Source: Escherichia phage vB_EcoM_VR26. Taken from it: DNA of 64,000 bases. Positions 9,451 to 18,787 of this stretch are shown in pieces. Each line of letters opens with the position of its first letter. The first letter of the stretch is position 1. A program made the translations under genes and the position numbers. The stretch lies in the sequence record NC_028957.1; one strand, given 5' to 3'. Under the pieces are notes generated by a model, which was given only the letters and a program-made list of their open reading frames with translations, had not been told where the DNA came from and ran no database searches.

Positions 9451-9708
9451 TTATTCCTTAATTCCTAATACTTGTTTGAAGGTCTCAGTATAATCGGAGT
9501 ATTGACCGGTTTGTTCTTTATGTTTGTCCATAATATCATAAACTTCTGAACGCATATTATTATACGAACGGGTTAAAGCGGATTTCAATACTGAATAACT
9601 ATCCGGAAATTTACCGTGTTCTTTATAATAGGCCAGAGTTAATTCACGGACCGCCTTATCAGCAGTCTCAAGATATTCTTTACGCTTTGCCATTTTCTTC
9701 TCGCTCAA
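9451..9708 (-). CDS. hypothetical protein (85 aa)
   Basis: ORF track. Confidence 0.45.
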   Translation of the reverse strand: MSEKKMAKRKEYLETADKAVRELTLAYYKEHGKFPDSYSVLKSALTRSYNNMRSEVYDIMDKHKEQTGQYSDYTETFKQVLGIKE

Positions 9709-9901
9709 ATTTGTGTTTACAATGACGGCATTTATATTGAAGCGGAGAGCTACGCCAATAAGTCAATTGGACCTGTTCAGTTCCGCATTCAGGGCAGTTC
9801 GGAACATTCTTAGAAGCTTGTTCACGTCGTTCGACAATTTTAATAATTTGGTTCCAATCAGGAATAGTTTCTGCAATGTCTTCTCTTAAACGTTGTTTCA
9901 T
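9680..9901 (-). CDS. hypothetical protein with two CxxC pairs (zinc-ribbon-like, 73 aa)
   Basis: NCPECG ... CRHCKH pairs about 21 residues apart. Confidence 0.45.
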   Translation of the reverse strand: MKQRLREDIAETIPDWNQIIKIVERREQASKNVPNCPECGTEQVQLTYWRSSPLQYKCRHCKHKFEREENGKA

Positions 9902-10875
9902 TTCAACAGCTCCAGAGCCTGTTCCAGTTTATCCAGACGATTGGTTGATTCTTCCCAGAGCTTTTTAGCTTTAGTGTAGGCCTCAGTTAAGATTTTATTA
10001 TGTTCAAGAGCTTCCGAGTAAGCCTTTTCTAAGGCGATAACTTCAGGGCGTACATTATCAGGAACATTATTAATGGCTTCAGCCCATTTAACTTCTTGCG
10101 GTGCATTCATAATTTCCTCACTTTTCTTTTTATAGATTTCTGCATCAGTTGGTTGCTTTGCACATTTAACTTCGCGCAGTGTCACCACAATTTTATAACC
10201 TTTCCAACCATGAGAACTGGTGATAGGGTCAACTTTAATTTTTTCAACAGTGTGCATATAATTAAGTGCACACTGCAGCTGATGAGTGAGCGTGCACGCA
10301 ACATCAAGATACTTTTTGATATTTTCAGGCGTAGCCTCTGGAGTATAGAACTCACGCTTAACTGTAATAATTACCTGATTTTCACCAGAATCTTTAACCT
10401 TTACCATGTGCTCAGCCAGATGGTAGATAGTGCGAAAATCCCCACCCATCAATTTTGTTGCTGATTTTATGATAGACATTTTGTTATTTCTGAATTCACG
10501 TGACCAACTGTTTGCGAATTCAGAAACAGTATAGCCTTGTTTATCAAGATAGTATTTTTCAACATCACCAAACCAATGATATCCAATTGTACCTTTACCA
10601 CGTCTGGATTCAACACCAAACTTATTAAGAAGGTCTTTATTAACCAGGTATGCCAGGACTCTGGAACCTTTAAAAGTTTTCTTGATATCATCATTACCTG
10701 CGCGATTCGCAATAGCCGCGATGTCTTTCTCAAAGTGACAGGATGCAATAATCGTCGAGTCAATCTGATTTAACCAGGAATTGATAATTGAAAGGATAGC
10801 CGATTCACCTATTAATGGTTTTACTTTTGTATCGATAGTGGTGTTAAAGGCCTGAATATATTCGTTACGTGTCAT
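9898..10875 (-). CDS. hypothetical protein (325 aa) with C-terminal coiled coil
   Basis: ORF track; C-terminus ...[21 protein letters not shown] is heptad-like; no family recognised. Confidence 0.55.
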   Translation of the reverse strand: MTRNEYIQAFNTTIDTKVKPLIGESAILSIINSWLNQIDSTIIASCHFEKDIAAIANRAGNDDIKKTFKGSRVLAYLVNKDLLNKFGVESRRGKGTIGYHWFGDVEKYYLDKQGYTVSEFANSWSREFRNNKMSIIKSATKLMGGDFRTIYHLAEHMVKVKDSGENQVIITVKREFYTPEATPENIKKYLDVACTLTHQLQCALNYMHTVEKIKVDPITSSHGWKGYKIVVTLREVKCAKQPTDAEIYKKKSEEIMNAPQEVKWAEAINNVPDNVRPEVIALEKAYSEALEHNKILTEAYTKAKKLWEESTNRLDKLEQALELLK

Positions 10876-10932
10876 AGTGTTCTCCTCATAAAGTAGGAAT
10901 CATTATATTCCCTCCATCCTTGGAAGTAAACA

Positions 10933-11868
10933 TTATTTTAATGCTTTGATTGCAGCTTGCAATTTATTGCGTTGCTTTTCCATGTTCTTGATGCGATTCA
11001 GAACATCCTGGATACCCTTCTTCTCATCTTCAATCAGACCATTTAAGCGGTTGACTGATTCCTTGATAGCATCCGCATGATAGCTCTCAATAGGCTTCAT
11101 CGCAGGGTTAAAGATTTCAATAGAGCTGGCTGGCTTCATTGACGGGTTAAAGCCGGCTGGCTGGATTTTCCACTGATACGTATTTTTAACGTCCAGGGGT
11201 GAAATAGATGGTGATGTATATTGACCTGCAAATGCTGGGCCATATGATGCAGTAGGGATACGTTCCATTTCTGGTTCCTTTTTCTCTTGATAAGGTGCAT
11301 AAGACAAAAGATATTCCTTTGTCAGTTTAATATCGATAGTTACGGTTTTAAGGAATTTTTCCGTTTGGTGGATATAATTTGTATCTTCATCAAACGTGTA
11401 CGATTCAACAGCATGGCGCATATAAAACAGCGCAATACCCATAACCTCTTTAAAGTTATGACAAAGAGCAACATCGCCCTTGGTGGTTGGTTTGAACTTA
11501 ATCTGTACACCATCATTCTTGATATTGATAATCAAGTTGTCAGAGTTAAAATTATAGTTCTTGATGTTAACCGGAGCTTTGCGAATACGAAATCCGCCGG
11601 CCAGAATTTCCTTGATACTCTTACGAACCGTGGCACCAAACAAAAACGCTGGGCGGCGGCAGTAATCATTCAGAGAGTTAATTCTTACAATACGTTGGCC
11701 ATACCCCTGGGTAGCAGAACCTGATTTGATTTTGCCAAAGTTAACCAAAGAATTCATTGCGATAAGACGAGTCACACGACCGTCATGTGGTTCATAACTA
11801 CTAGCATATTCAGCGCGAGTTTTAATTTTCATATCATAGTCCAAATAATTTTTCATAAAATTTAGCAA
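10933..11868 (-). CDS. hypothetical protein (311 aa) with C-terminal coiled coil
   Basis: ORF track; C-terminus ...NRIKNMEKQRNKLQAAIKALK; start may be an internal Met near 11832. Confidence 0.55.
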   Translation of the reverse strand: MLNFMKNYLDYDMKIKTRAEYASSYEPHDGRVTRLIAMNSLVNFGKIKSGSATQGYGQRIVRINSLNDYCRRPAFLFGATVRKSIKEILAGGFRIRKAPVNIKNYNFNSDNLIINIKNDGVQIKFKPTTKGDVALCHNFKEVMGIALFYMRHAVESYTFDEDTNYIHQTEKFLKTVTIDIKLTKEYLLSYAPYQEKKEPEMERIPTASYGPAFAGQYTSPSISPLDVKNTYQWKIQPAGFNPSMKPASSIEIFNPAMKPIESYHADAIKESVNRLNGLIEDEKKGIQDVLNRIKNMEKQRNKLQAAIKALK

Positions 11869-12049
11869 TAGGCCAAAACACCATCATAATTGCCCAAACA
11901 AACCAAAGCAGAGGCCATACTAGTGTAATGAATACTGCATCATAACTTGACTCAATTTCGACTGGATTCCAATCACCAGATTTATGAATGAGTATGGTCG
12001 TTATGAATCCTAATACAAAGTAAAGGAAAATAAAACCTACTATTTCCAT
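11834..12049 (-). CDS. hypothetical membrane protein (71 aa)
   Basis: Two hydrophobic segments (IVGFIFLYFVLGFITTILI; LVWPLLWFVWAIMMVFWPI). Confidence 0.5.
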   Translation of the reverse strand: MEIVGFIFLYFVLGFITTILIHKSGDWNPVEIESSYDAVFITLVWPLLWFVWAIMMVFWPIAKFYEKLFGL

Positions 12050-12133
12050 ATTAACCTACAATATTTGAGAATATAAGCCACAAAATACCTGTGGCAACGA
12101 ATACATAACCGAGAACGGCGAGCCATTCCATCA

Positions 12134-12982
12134 TTAATCCTTAAGCAACTCAATAACGTTCATCAGTTTCTGACGTTCAGCTTTCGCTGCATTGTTCAGT
12201 CCTGACAGACGGAAAATTTCATCATCTTGCTGCTGGATGGTGATGTTAAGCTCTTCAATCTGTTTAGTGAAAAGCTCAATTTGCTCTGAATATTTTTCAT
12301 TGCTTCGCACTGGAACAGGTTCCATTTTAGGAGCTTGCTCTGAAGGACTATCAACTACAACTCGGTCTTTAATTTGACATAATTTAATACGCTGGACGCC
12401 TCCAGTTTTAACATCATAAAATACAAGAATTCCATGGGTCTCTAGTTCAGACAAAGCCAAACGGAGGTGGAATTTCCAGTTTTCGTATTGACATCCGCTA
12501 AAAGAAGAAATACTGTATTCGCCTTCATTTTGACCTTTAATAACATTAAATAGTTTGTAATCTAAAGAATTATTGGTTTTAAAGGTCATTTGTTTATCTT
12601 GACCGCTTGCTAAACGAGCACCTAATGCCAATAAACGGCGTTGGTTAGTATGAAGGTCTTTGACCACTTCATCAAATGTCATGGTGCTAATCGCACGACC
12701 ATAAAGGTCATAACCTTTATTATAATTTTTAAGTAAAATTTTGGCATTAGCACGAGACAACATACCTGAACGTTGAAGAGATTTCATGACTCGGTCTTCT
12801 AATGTAAGCAAGCCCGTTGTTTTATTAAAGATTTTAGTGAATTCAGCAGAATTAGTACAAACATTGAACTTATTCCACATCATATATAGAACATTTAAAA
12901 CAACATCTTTAGTGCTTGGAATACTGTTAAATTTAACAACTTTTTTAACTTCAGAACGAATTTCATTAATTGCTTGTGACAT
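12134..12982 (-). CDS. hypothetical protein (282 aa) with C-terminal coiled coil
   Basis: ORF track; C-terminus ...QIEELNITIQQQDDEIFRLSGLNNAAKAERQKLMNVIELLKD. Confidence 0.55.
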   Translation of the reverse strand: MSQAINEIRSEVKKVVKFNSIPSTKDVVLNVLYMMWNKFNVCTNSAEFTKIFNKTTGLLTLEDRVMKSLQRSGMLSRANAKILLKNYNKGYDLYGRAISTMTFDEVVKDLHTNQRRLLALGARLASGQDKQMTFKTNNSLDYKLFNVIKGQNEGEYSISSFSGCQYENWKFHLRLALSELETHGILVFYDVKTGGVQRIKLCQIKDRVVVDSPSEQAPKMEPVPVRSNEKYSEQIELFTKQIEELNITIQQQDDEIFRLSGLNNAAKAERQKLMNVIELLKD

Positions 12983-13045
12983 ATTATTTTCCTCAATAGA
13001 TTAATCAAAGGTCAGAACCATTATACCATCCTTGGGATAAAGCGT

Positions 13046-13570
13046 TTATGCGTGAACCGTCTTTAAACGCTCTTCAAATTTCAGAAGGAGTACCTGGCGC
13101 TCTGCTCTTTGTTTGGTATAGGTTTCAATACGCTCTGAAGTGAGATTGTATTGTTCATTAACTGATTCCCGCATGAATTCAGGAATCTCTTTACATGCTT
13201 TGATTTCATTGAACTTATCAAGCACTGCTTGTTGTTCAGCAATCAGACCATCATAATATTGGATATCTGATTTGATGTTCTGTACATCAGATTCAGTTGG
13301 CATATTTTTCTTTGCTCTTGCCGCTTGATACTCAGCATTAGTCTCTCTTGACCAGAACAAAGAGCGGTTTTTGTTAGTGTTTTTATACACATCAACAATA
13401 CCAACTGAATCAACAGTCACAATCCAGTTCCAGGCGTTTTTATAAGTTTGACCACCTGATACTGTAATCTCACCTGCACAAGCAACATCATTAAAGAACT
13501 TGCTTTGTGCTTCTGATTTAAAATTACCATTATTGTAATTAATCAGATTAAAGATTGATTTGACTTCCAT
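13046..13570 (-). CDS. hypothetical protein (174 aa)
   Basis: ORF track; preceded by SD GGGAG and promoter cassette 13608-13637. Confidence 0.55.
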   Translation of the reverse strand: MEVKSIFNLINYNNGNFKSEAQSKFFNDVACAGEITVSGGQTYKNAWNWIVTVDSVGIVDVYKNTNKNRSLFWSRETNAEYQAARAKKNMPTESDVQNIKSDIQYYDGLIAEQQAVLDKFNEIKACKEIPEFMRESVNEQYNLTSERIETYTKQRAERQVLLLKFEERLKTVHA

Positions 13571-13607
13571 TTTATTCTCCCGTTTGTTTGGTAACTCAGT
13601 ATAGGAA

Positions 13608-13637
13608 CATTATGTCACGCTCCCATACTGGTGTACA
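13608..13637 (-). promoter_or_regulatory. T4-type early promoter
   Basis: Minus strand GTGTAC -18 nt- CATAAT, inverted repeat cagtatggga/tcctatactg flanking the -10, conserved leader ctgagttaccaaa. Confidence 0.5.
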
Positions 13638-13640
13638 CAT

Positions 13641-13943
13641 TTAATTAAAAGTTCTTTCAGTATTTTCACCACTGAACCAGGCGCTCTTAACAGCTTGCTG
13701 TGCGCGATGAATCTGTTCAGCCATATAAACACCAAGGGCCTCTGCCTTTCTTGTCCTGTGGGCTTCTGCGGCGACCATTTGCAGCTTATCCATCATGATA
13801 AGAGCTTTACATTTCTCCTTCAGAGCATAACGTTTCTTCTCTTCTGGAGGTTTGACCATTCCTCTTAACTTGTGCATTTTCAACTTAAAATGGTCAGCAG
13901 ATTTAAGACATGCATCAATCATGTCAATTTCATACTTTTTCAT
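13641..13943 (-). CDS. hypothetical protein (100 aa)
   Basis: ORF track. Confidence 0.45.
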   Translation of the reverse strand: MKKYEIDMIDACLKSADHFKLKMHKLRGMVKPPEEKKRYALKEKCKALIMMDKLQMVAAEAHRTRKAEALGVYMAEQIHRAQQAVKSAWFSGENTERTFN

Positions 13944-13949
13944 AATTCC

Positions 13950-14156
13950 TCACTTGCGACGACGTTTTGGTAATGGTTTAGGGAAGAACATTGCTTTACC
14001 TGCAGGGGTCAAAGTCACACGCAAAGCATTACCAATACCAAGGGATGATTTAACCAGACCTTTGGCTTTTAACTCACCAAATGCTTGGCGTTGTTCAGGG
14101 TCACGTGTGTTAACCATCAGACCTTTTTCACCAGCAGCTTTGATTAATTCTAACAT
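13950..14156 (-). CDS. hypothetical basic protein (68 aa)
   Basis: ORF track; preceded by promoter cassette 14197-14226. Confidence 0.45.
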   Translation of the reverse strand: MLELIKAAGEKGLMVNTRDPEQRQAFGELKAKGLVKSSLGIGNALRVTLTPAGKAMFFPKPLPKRRRK

Positions 14157-14196
14157 TTTATTCTCCAGTTTTTATTTGGTAACTCAGTATGGGAAC

Positions 14197-14226
14197 ATTA
14201 TACGTCTATCCCATACTGATGTACAT
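14197..14226 (-). promoter_or_regulatory. T4-type early promoter
   Basis: ATGTAC -18- TATAAT with flanking inverted repeat and conserved leader. Confidence 0.5.
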
Positions 14227-14403
14227 CTATTTTATATAATTTTTAATATCAATTCTACCCTGGTAGTGCTTGGCGGTTTCCTTCATCTTTTCTACGTCAA
14301 TACCAACAATAACCTCACATGATTGACTTCCATGATGGTGTTTAAAATGTTCAATCGCTTCCTCTCGCGTTTGTTTGGATACGCGCGGTCTCATATGATT
14401 CAT
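14227..14403 (-). CDS. hypothetical His-rich small protein (58 aa), below ORF-track cutoff
   Basis: Own translation MNHMRPRVSKQTREEAIEHFKHHHGSQSCEVIVGIDVEKMKETAKHYQGRIDIKNYIK; strong SD TAAGGAG 6 nt upstream. Confidence 0.45.
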   Translation of the reverse strand: MNHMRPRVSKQTREEAIEHFKHHHGSQSCEVIVGIDVEKMKETAKHYQGRIDIKNYIK

Positions 14404-14464
14404 AAGGGCTCCTTAGTAAAAATTCATTATGCATCAACAGAGACAAGTTTGTATACCTTTAAAA

Positions 14465-14491
14465 TAAAAAAAAAAGGACCCCGAAGGGTCC
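14465..14491 (-). terminator. Rho-independent terminator
   Basis: Minus strand GGACCC-ttcg-GGGTCC followed by 10 T. Confidence 0.65.
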
Positions 14492-14734
14492 TTAGATTGC
14501 ACTCCAAAAATTATGGAATCTTATAGTATTGATAGCCCAGTTAACAAAACGCCTGGTTTGTTTGGAAGTTGGTTTACACGTGTACTTAATGTTGATTCGT
14601 CTGCCAGTTTCCCGACAGACTGCTTCGAGATACCAGCGCCGACCTTTATTGGGTCTTCCATATGATAAGAAGACCTTCATTTCTTCATTAACGATAATAG
14701 GAATTGTGGTTGTCAAGATATACCTCTTCAACAA
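14492..14734 (-). CDS. hypothetical basic protein (80 aa; may start at internal Met 14680)
   Basis: ORF track; followed by hairpin plus T-run terminator. Confidence 0.4.
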   Translation of the reverse strand: MLKRYILTTTIPIIVNEEMKVFLSYGRPNKGRRWYLEAVCRETGRRINIKYTCKPTSKQTRRFVNWAINTIRFHNFWSAI

Positions 14735-15698
14735 ACTTGTCCCAGAACTTCATGTCTACCTTATCAGGCATACCGTTCTTGGCCGCCCAGACGGCATTGG
14801 TTTCGACTTCATCGACGATTGCTTCAAGTTCAGCTTGTACATCTTTAAAAGCGTGTAGGCCTTGTTTGATTTCAAGGATAAATGGAGCCGTACGTAAAGG
14901 ATATTGAAGGTCACCGGTCATATAAATTTCCTTCAGCTGATATCCAGCTCGATAAGCATGACTCAATGCTTTCCAGTCAATACCTTCATTCGCTTCGGCC
15001 TTACGAGCGCGTTCACCATATTCGGCATCAAGTTTATTCAGAGATTGCTTAAGCTCGATTAATGACAAAGTAGTTTGGTATTTGCGACCGAGAACAGTAT
15101 AAAACGTTTGAGGACCGGTTTTCTCATGGTTATGGAACACCCATTCGCAAAATTCGTTCTCTGGAAGACGATGCTTAATATCTTCAACTTTAGTACGACG
15201 TTGTTTAGTCGTACCATCTTCTTGGTAGTCAACCCACTGTTCAGGAATCTGGTTAACAATTGCCAGTACACCACGTAAAGCAGCCAGTCTAGAACCTTTA
15301 ACACCATATTTTGAAGCTTGCTTACGGACATACCCCAAATATGCTTTCATGTTGGTCGTATAGAACCGTGAACGGTTGTCTTGGATAAATTTCCATACAT
15401 CTGGTAAATCGGATTTGACTACCAGGTTAGCCGGAGTGTGAATCATGTCCAGAGCAACAGTTTCACCTTCAGCCGCCAGTTTAAAGAAATATTTCAGGCT
15501 ATAAAGCTCGTGGTCAACATCGTCTTTAGTGTTTTTGGATGCCGTGTTATTCGTGTTCAAGTTTGTATGATTCATAGCCGTACCTAACAGAATGTCACGT
15601 GGGTGTGGAACAAAGATTTCCTTAAAATCGACATCAGATTCAGGAGTACTTGTTCCATAAAGATGTGAGCCAAAATAGCCCTTCATAACTGTTCTCAT
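14688..15698 (-). CDS. Predicted polymerase-beta-fold nucleotidyltransferase (336 aa)
   Basis: N-terminal GSHLYGTSTPESDVD fits the hG[GS]x9-13DxD motif; T4 has an uncharacterised nucleotidyltransferase-like ORF in the nrdC region. Confidence 0.6.
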   Translation of the reverse strand: MRTVMKGYFGSHLYGTSTPESDVDFKEIFVPHPRDILLGTAMNHTNLNTNNTASKNTKDDVDHELYSLKYFFKLAAEGETVALDMIHTPANLVVKSDLPDVWKFIQDNRSRFYTTNMKAYLGYVRKQASKYGVKGSRLAALRGVLAIVNQIPEQWVDYQEDGTTKQRRTKVEDIKHRLPENEFCEWVFHNHEKTGPQTFYTVLGRKYQTTLSLIELKQSLNKLDAEYGERARKAEANEGIDWKALSHAYRAGYQLKEIYMTGDLQYPLRTAPFILEIKQGLHAFKDVQAELEAIVDEVETNAVWAAKNGMPDKVDMKFWDKFVEEVYLDNHNSYYR

Positions 15699-16462
15699 TA
15701 TTCGCCTCTTTCATAGTCTTCAATAAATTGCATAATTAAACGTTGATAGTTAGATTTACGGTATCCTAATTTACTAATATGAGTACCAAAAGCTCCACGC
15801 TTAGGCCTATTTAATTTAACCCATAAAGAATAAAGCAAATCATAATCTTGCCAATGTTTTCCTATTCTTTGCTTTGCTTTAGAAGCGTCGGACTGCCTCT
15901 TTTTAGTCTCTGGATTATTTAGAGATTTCTTAACAGCATTTGAATGTCTTTCTCTAACACCCGGGCGTTTAAATGCTTCTTTAACAGATTTAGAAATTTT
16001 CTCTTTAACTTCAGGACGGTTTTGAGCTTCTATTTGAGCCGCCGACATTTTATCTTTTATTTCGGATAGACTCATAGTTATAGAACGTTTATTTCTATAC
16101 TCTTTGGTCTTCCATAGTTCTTTCATCGTATTTGAATGAATTTCTGAAAATTTTTCTCTAACTAATTGGTAGCCCCTAGAAGTTAGTTTAAGATTTCTTC
16201 CTAGAGAATCCTCGCCGAAGTTATAAAATGACCACCAGGCATAAATTAATCCAGAAGAATCAGAATGAATTCTGGCTAGAAGCCAGTGTGCTATAAAATG
16301 TTCTCTGGCCGTCAGCAGAACTAAATTATTAGGTTCATCACTCCCACCAATACATGATGGGAGTATATGATGGGACTCTGTATAAAAATTTAATTTGGAT
16401 TTGTCTAATCCTCTGAATTTACCTCTTTGGATTAGACTATCATAAAGCTTTGTATAATTCAT
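15698..16462 (-). CDS. HNH homing endonuclease (Mob-like)
   Basis: ESHHILPSCIGGSDEPNNLVLLTAREHFIAHW HNH core; start placed at internal MNYTKLYDSL (track extends to 16501). Confidence 0.75.
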   Translation of the reverse strand: MNYTKLYDSLIQRGKFRGLDKSKLNFYTESHHILPSCIGGSDEPNNLVLLTAREHFIAHWLLARIHSDSSGLIYAWWSFYNFGEDSLGRNLKLTSRGYQLVREKFSEIHSNTMKELWKTKEYRNKRSITMSLSEIKDKMSAAQIEAQNRPEVKEKISKSVKEAFKRPGVRERHSNAVKKSLNNPETKKRQSDASKAKQRIGKHWQDYDLLYSLWVKLNRPKRGAFGTHISKLGYRKSNYQRLIMQFIEDYERGE

Positions 16463-16464
16463 TA

Positions 16465-16920
16465 TTATTTTGTTTTGTCCTCGAAGTGAATTACCGGACA
16501 CATCTTAGATTTACGAGCTTTAATGTATTGGACGACAAGGTTTTCTTTAATTTCCTTTCCTTCACGCTCAGCTTTAATTCGTTTCCATTCTTTTTCTTCT
16601 TTATGTAAATCGTACCAGGTCCATAAATTCATTAGACCATACATTAAACCAAATGCTACCGCCAGAATAAGAGCCAGTGTAGATAGCCCCAAAATAAAAC
16701 CTAACCCCAAACCAACAGGAGTACTTAATACAAAGAACTGCTCCAATACACCAGCACCTGCAACAGTTAAGGCGAAAATAGTACTACCTGCAACCACAGA
16801 AAAAACAAAACAGGCCCATACAATTTTCCAGAAGTAAGCACACAATGAGTGTGGTCGAGAATGACGGTCATAAAAACGGTCGTGTAATTTAGCGTGCCAA
16901 GCGTTTGTATTGATAATCAT
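16465..16920 (-). CDS. hypothetical membrane protein (151 aa)
   Basis: Multiple hydrophobic segments. Confidence 0.5.
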   Translation of the reverse strand: MIINTNAWHAKLHDRFYDRHSRPHSLCAYFWKIVWACFVFSVVAGSTIFALTVAGAGVLEQFFVLSTPVGLGLGFILGLSTLALILAVAFGLMYGLMNLWTWYDLHKEEKEWKRIKAEREGKEIKENLVVQYIKARKSKMCPVIHFEDKTK

Positions 16921-16929
16921 AATAATTCC

Positions 16930-17484
16930 TTATGCGTTCATAGTTGGGATAACAGTGTTCAGGTATTTTACCAGAACTTTTAATTCGTCTTTAGCGAATA
17001 CTACTTCAGCTTCACCATCGTGGGTCTGGATGATAGATAACATATCGCGACCTTGATGTTGGCAGACACTGAATTCAGTATTATAATCACCTTCTTCATC
17101 ACCTTCAAAGGTTTCGCTTGAATGCATAATAGCATCACAACCAGGGATTTTCCACTCGAGCTCAGGTACGCACTCTTCTTGGAAGAGTTTAAAAATTTTC
17201 TCTAAAAATTCTGAACGGTTTTTAATGGATAAACAAGCCCATTCGGTTTCCAGATTAAAGCCATTTTCACCTCGATACAACCAAGCCACAACTTCATCGT
17301 TAATTTTAAAGACACGATTATTAGTTCGAATATACTGCTCTGCATCAATAACAGACAACTCGTACAGGTTCTGAATATCTTGAATGGTCAAAACGACTGT
17401 ATCATCTTCTTGTTTAAGCACGATTGCATTATCAATTACATCAGCAGTCAGGTCACCAAACAACCCAGATTTTTCAATAATCAT
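16930..17484 (-). CDS. hypothetical protein (184 aa)
   Basis: ORF track. Confidence 0.5.
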   Translation of the reverse strand: MIIEKSGLFGDLTADVIDNAIVLKQEDDTVVLTIQDIQNLYELSVIDAEQYIRTNNRVFKINDEVVAWLYRGENGFNLETEWACLSIKNRSEFLEKIFKLFQEECVPELEWKIPGCDAIMHSSETFEGDEEGDYNTEFSVCQHQGRDMLSIIQTHDGEAEVVFAKDELKVLVKYLNTVIPTMNA

Positions 17485-17496
17485 TTTAATTTCCTC

Positions 17497-17787
17497 TTAA
17501 CGGTTATGTTTTAAAATACTATAAAGAGCTTCTACTTGGCTTGCATCCAGGTAAATAACATCATCATCTTGCTCAATGGAAATCCCACCGGTATTTCCTT
17601 CAACGAAATTACATTCACACACTTCAATTGTCCTGTACACATCACCAGTCGGATGCTCAGGTTCCAGAACAATAATACCATTTTCAGAATTACCACTAGG
17701 GTCATATAACATTACAGTTTCCTCGCTAACCATGAAAAGAATAAACCAATTAAAACAGGCCCTACAGCCATTATTAACCAAGCCCAA
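17497..17787 (-). CDS. hypothetical protein (96 aa)
   Basis: ORF track. Confidence 0.45.
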   Translation of the reverse strand: MGLVNNGCRACFNWFILFMVSEETVMLYDPSGNSENGIIVLEPEHPTGDVYRTIEVCECNFVEGNTGGISIEQDDDVIYLDASQVEALYSILKHNR

Positions 17788-17803
17788 GGTTCAAGATAGT
17801 AAA

Positions 17804-18061
17804 TCATCTCATGCTCCTGTGCCAACAGTTACGTGGCTCACGTTTAAAAACTTTATCATGCATTGATTGACAACCAACACAATATATCACACCTTTAATC
17901 GCTTGTCTCCGCGCTTCAGGAATTTTTTCGTCGCAGTCAAAACAGAATTCAGCAGACTCCCTTTCAACTGCAACCTGTGCTCTCGCATGGGTGATAGCGG
18001 CTTGTACAACCGCTTCCATCTCTAACTGTTCAGCGCCATCTTTTGCAAATCCAACAGCCAT
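17804..18061 (-). CDS. TraR/DksA-type C4 zinc-finger protein (85 aa)
   Basis: CFDC-x17-CVGC spacing typical of the DksA/TraR zinc finger. Confidence 0.6.
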   Translation of the reverse strand: MAVGFAKDGAEQLEMEAVVQAAITHARAQVAVERESAEFCFDCDEKIPEARRQAIKGVIYCVGCQSMHDKVFKREPRNCWHRSMR

Positions 18062-18243
18062 TATGCTTTCAACTCGTTTAGATAAGCGACTAATTTTTCT
18101 TTAGAACCATTTAAATCACGTTTGCACTGCTCTATCCCAGAATATGAATATCCTTCGCAATGTTCAACAGCTAGTTCATATGAGTCAATTTCAATATCGC
18201 GAGCGAGTTTAATAATTTTTTCAATTTGTTCTAAAGTAATCAT
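18061..18243 (-). CDS. hypothetical protein (60 aa)
   Basis: ORF track; 1-nt overlap with upstream ORF. Confidence 0.4.
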   Translation of the reverse strand: MITLEQIEKIIKLARDIEIDSYELAVEHCEGYSYSGIEQCKRDLNGSKEKLVAYLNELKA

Positions 18244-18246
18244 ATG

Positions 18247-18483
18247 TCACCAGTATTTGTTAATGGTAGAAATTAATTCTTGGACTTGAGTATTTTTCAG
18301 TTTACACCCGCAACTTTTTAATGTTTCTTTAAAAAGCTCAACATCTTTAAGCTGTTCCTTTTCCAGGCGGATTCTGTATCCCCTGTAATCAGCAAATATA
18401 CTTCTGTCATCAAATATCTTAATTTCAAGAATATGATTGTTGGTTTCATATTCCAATGAAACCATAGTATTTGTAAGTTTCAT
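18247..18483 (-). CDS. hypothetical protein (78 aa)
   Basis: ORF track. Confidence 0.45.
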   Translation of the reverse strand: MKLTNTMVSLEYETNNHILEIKIFDDRSIFADYRGYRIRLEKEQLKDVELFKETLKSCGCKLKNTQVQELISTINKYW

Positions 18484-18686
18484 TATTCCACCACATATGA
18501 TAATGAGAAAATTGCTGATGAAAGATGAGTGGCATCTTCTTCACACAGTTCAAATGGAGCTTTCTGCAAGAGCTCAACCACTTCTTCATCAGTGGCACTG
18601 TCCATAAAGATTGCATAATCATTAAGATAGATAACAACCTCATCACCAGTATTAACTGCATCAATCTTGATGTTCTTAATTCTCAT
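18483..18686 (-). CDS. hypothetical protein (67 aa; start revised to internal Met)
   Basis: Track ORF runs to 18767 but SD GAGGAG and promoter cassette lie upstream of ATG 18686 (MRIKNIKID...). Confidence 0.45.
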   Translation of the reverse strand: MRIKNIKIDAVNTGDEVVIYLNDYAIFMDSATDEEVVELLQKAPFELCEEDATHLSSAIFSLSYVVE

Positions 18687-18714
18687 TGTATTCTCCTCAG
18701 TAGTTGATGGGATA

Positions 18715-18744
18715 ATAGTACACCCTTTTGATGAGGATGTAAAC
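18715..18744 (-). promoter_or_regulatory. T4-type early promoter
   Basis: GTTTAC -18- TACTAT, then SD GAGGAG and ATG 18686. Confidence 0.5.
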
Positions 18745-18754
18745 CCCCTAAATG

Positions 18755-18780
18755 AAAAAAGGTCCACCCGAAGGCAGACC
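18755..18780 (-). terminator. Rho-independent terminator
   Basis: Minus strand GGTCTGCC-ttcg-GGTGGACC (two G-U pairs) followed by TTTTTT. Confidence 0.55.
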
Positions 18781-18787
18781 TTTTGAA

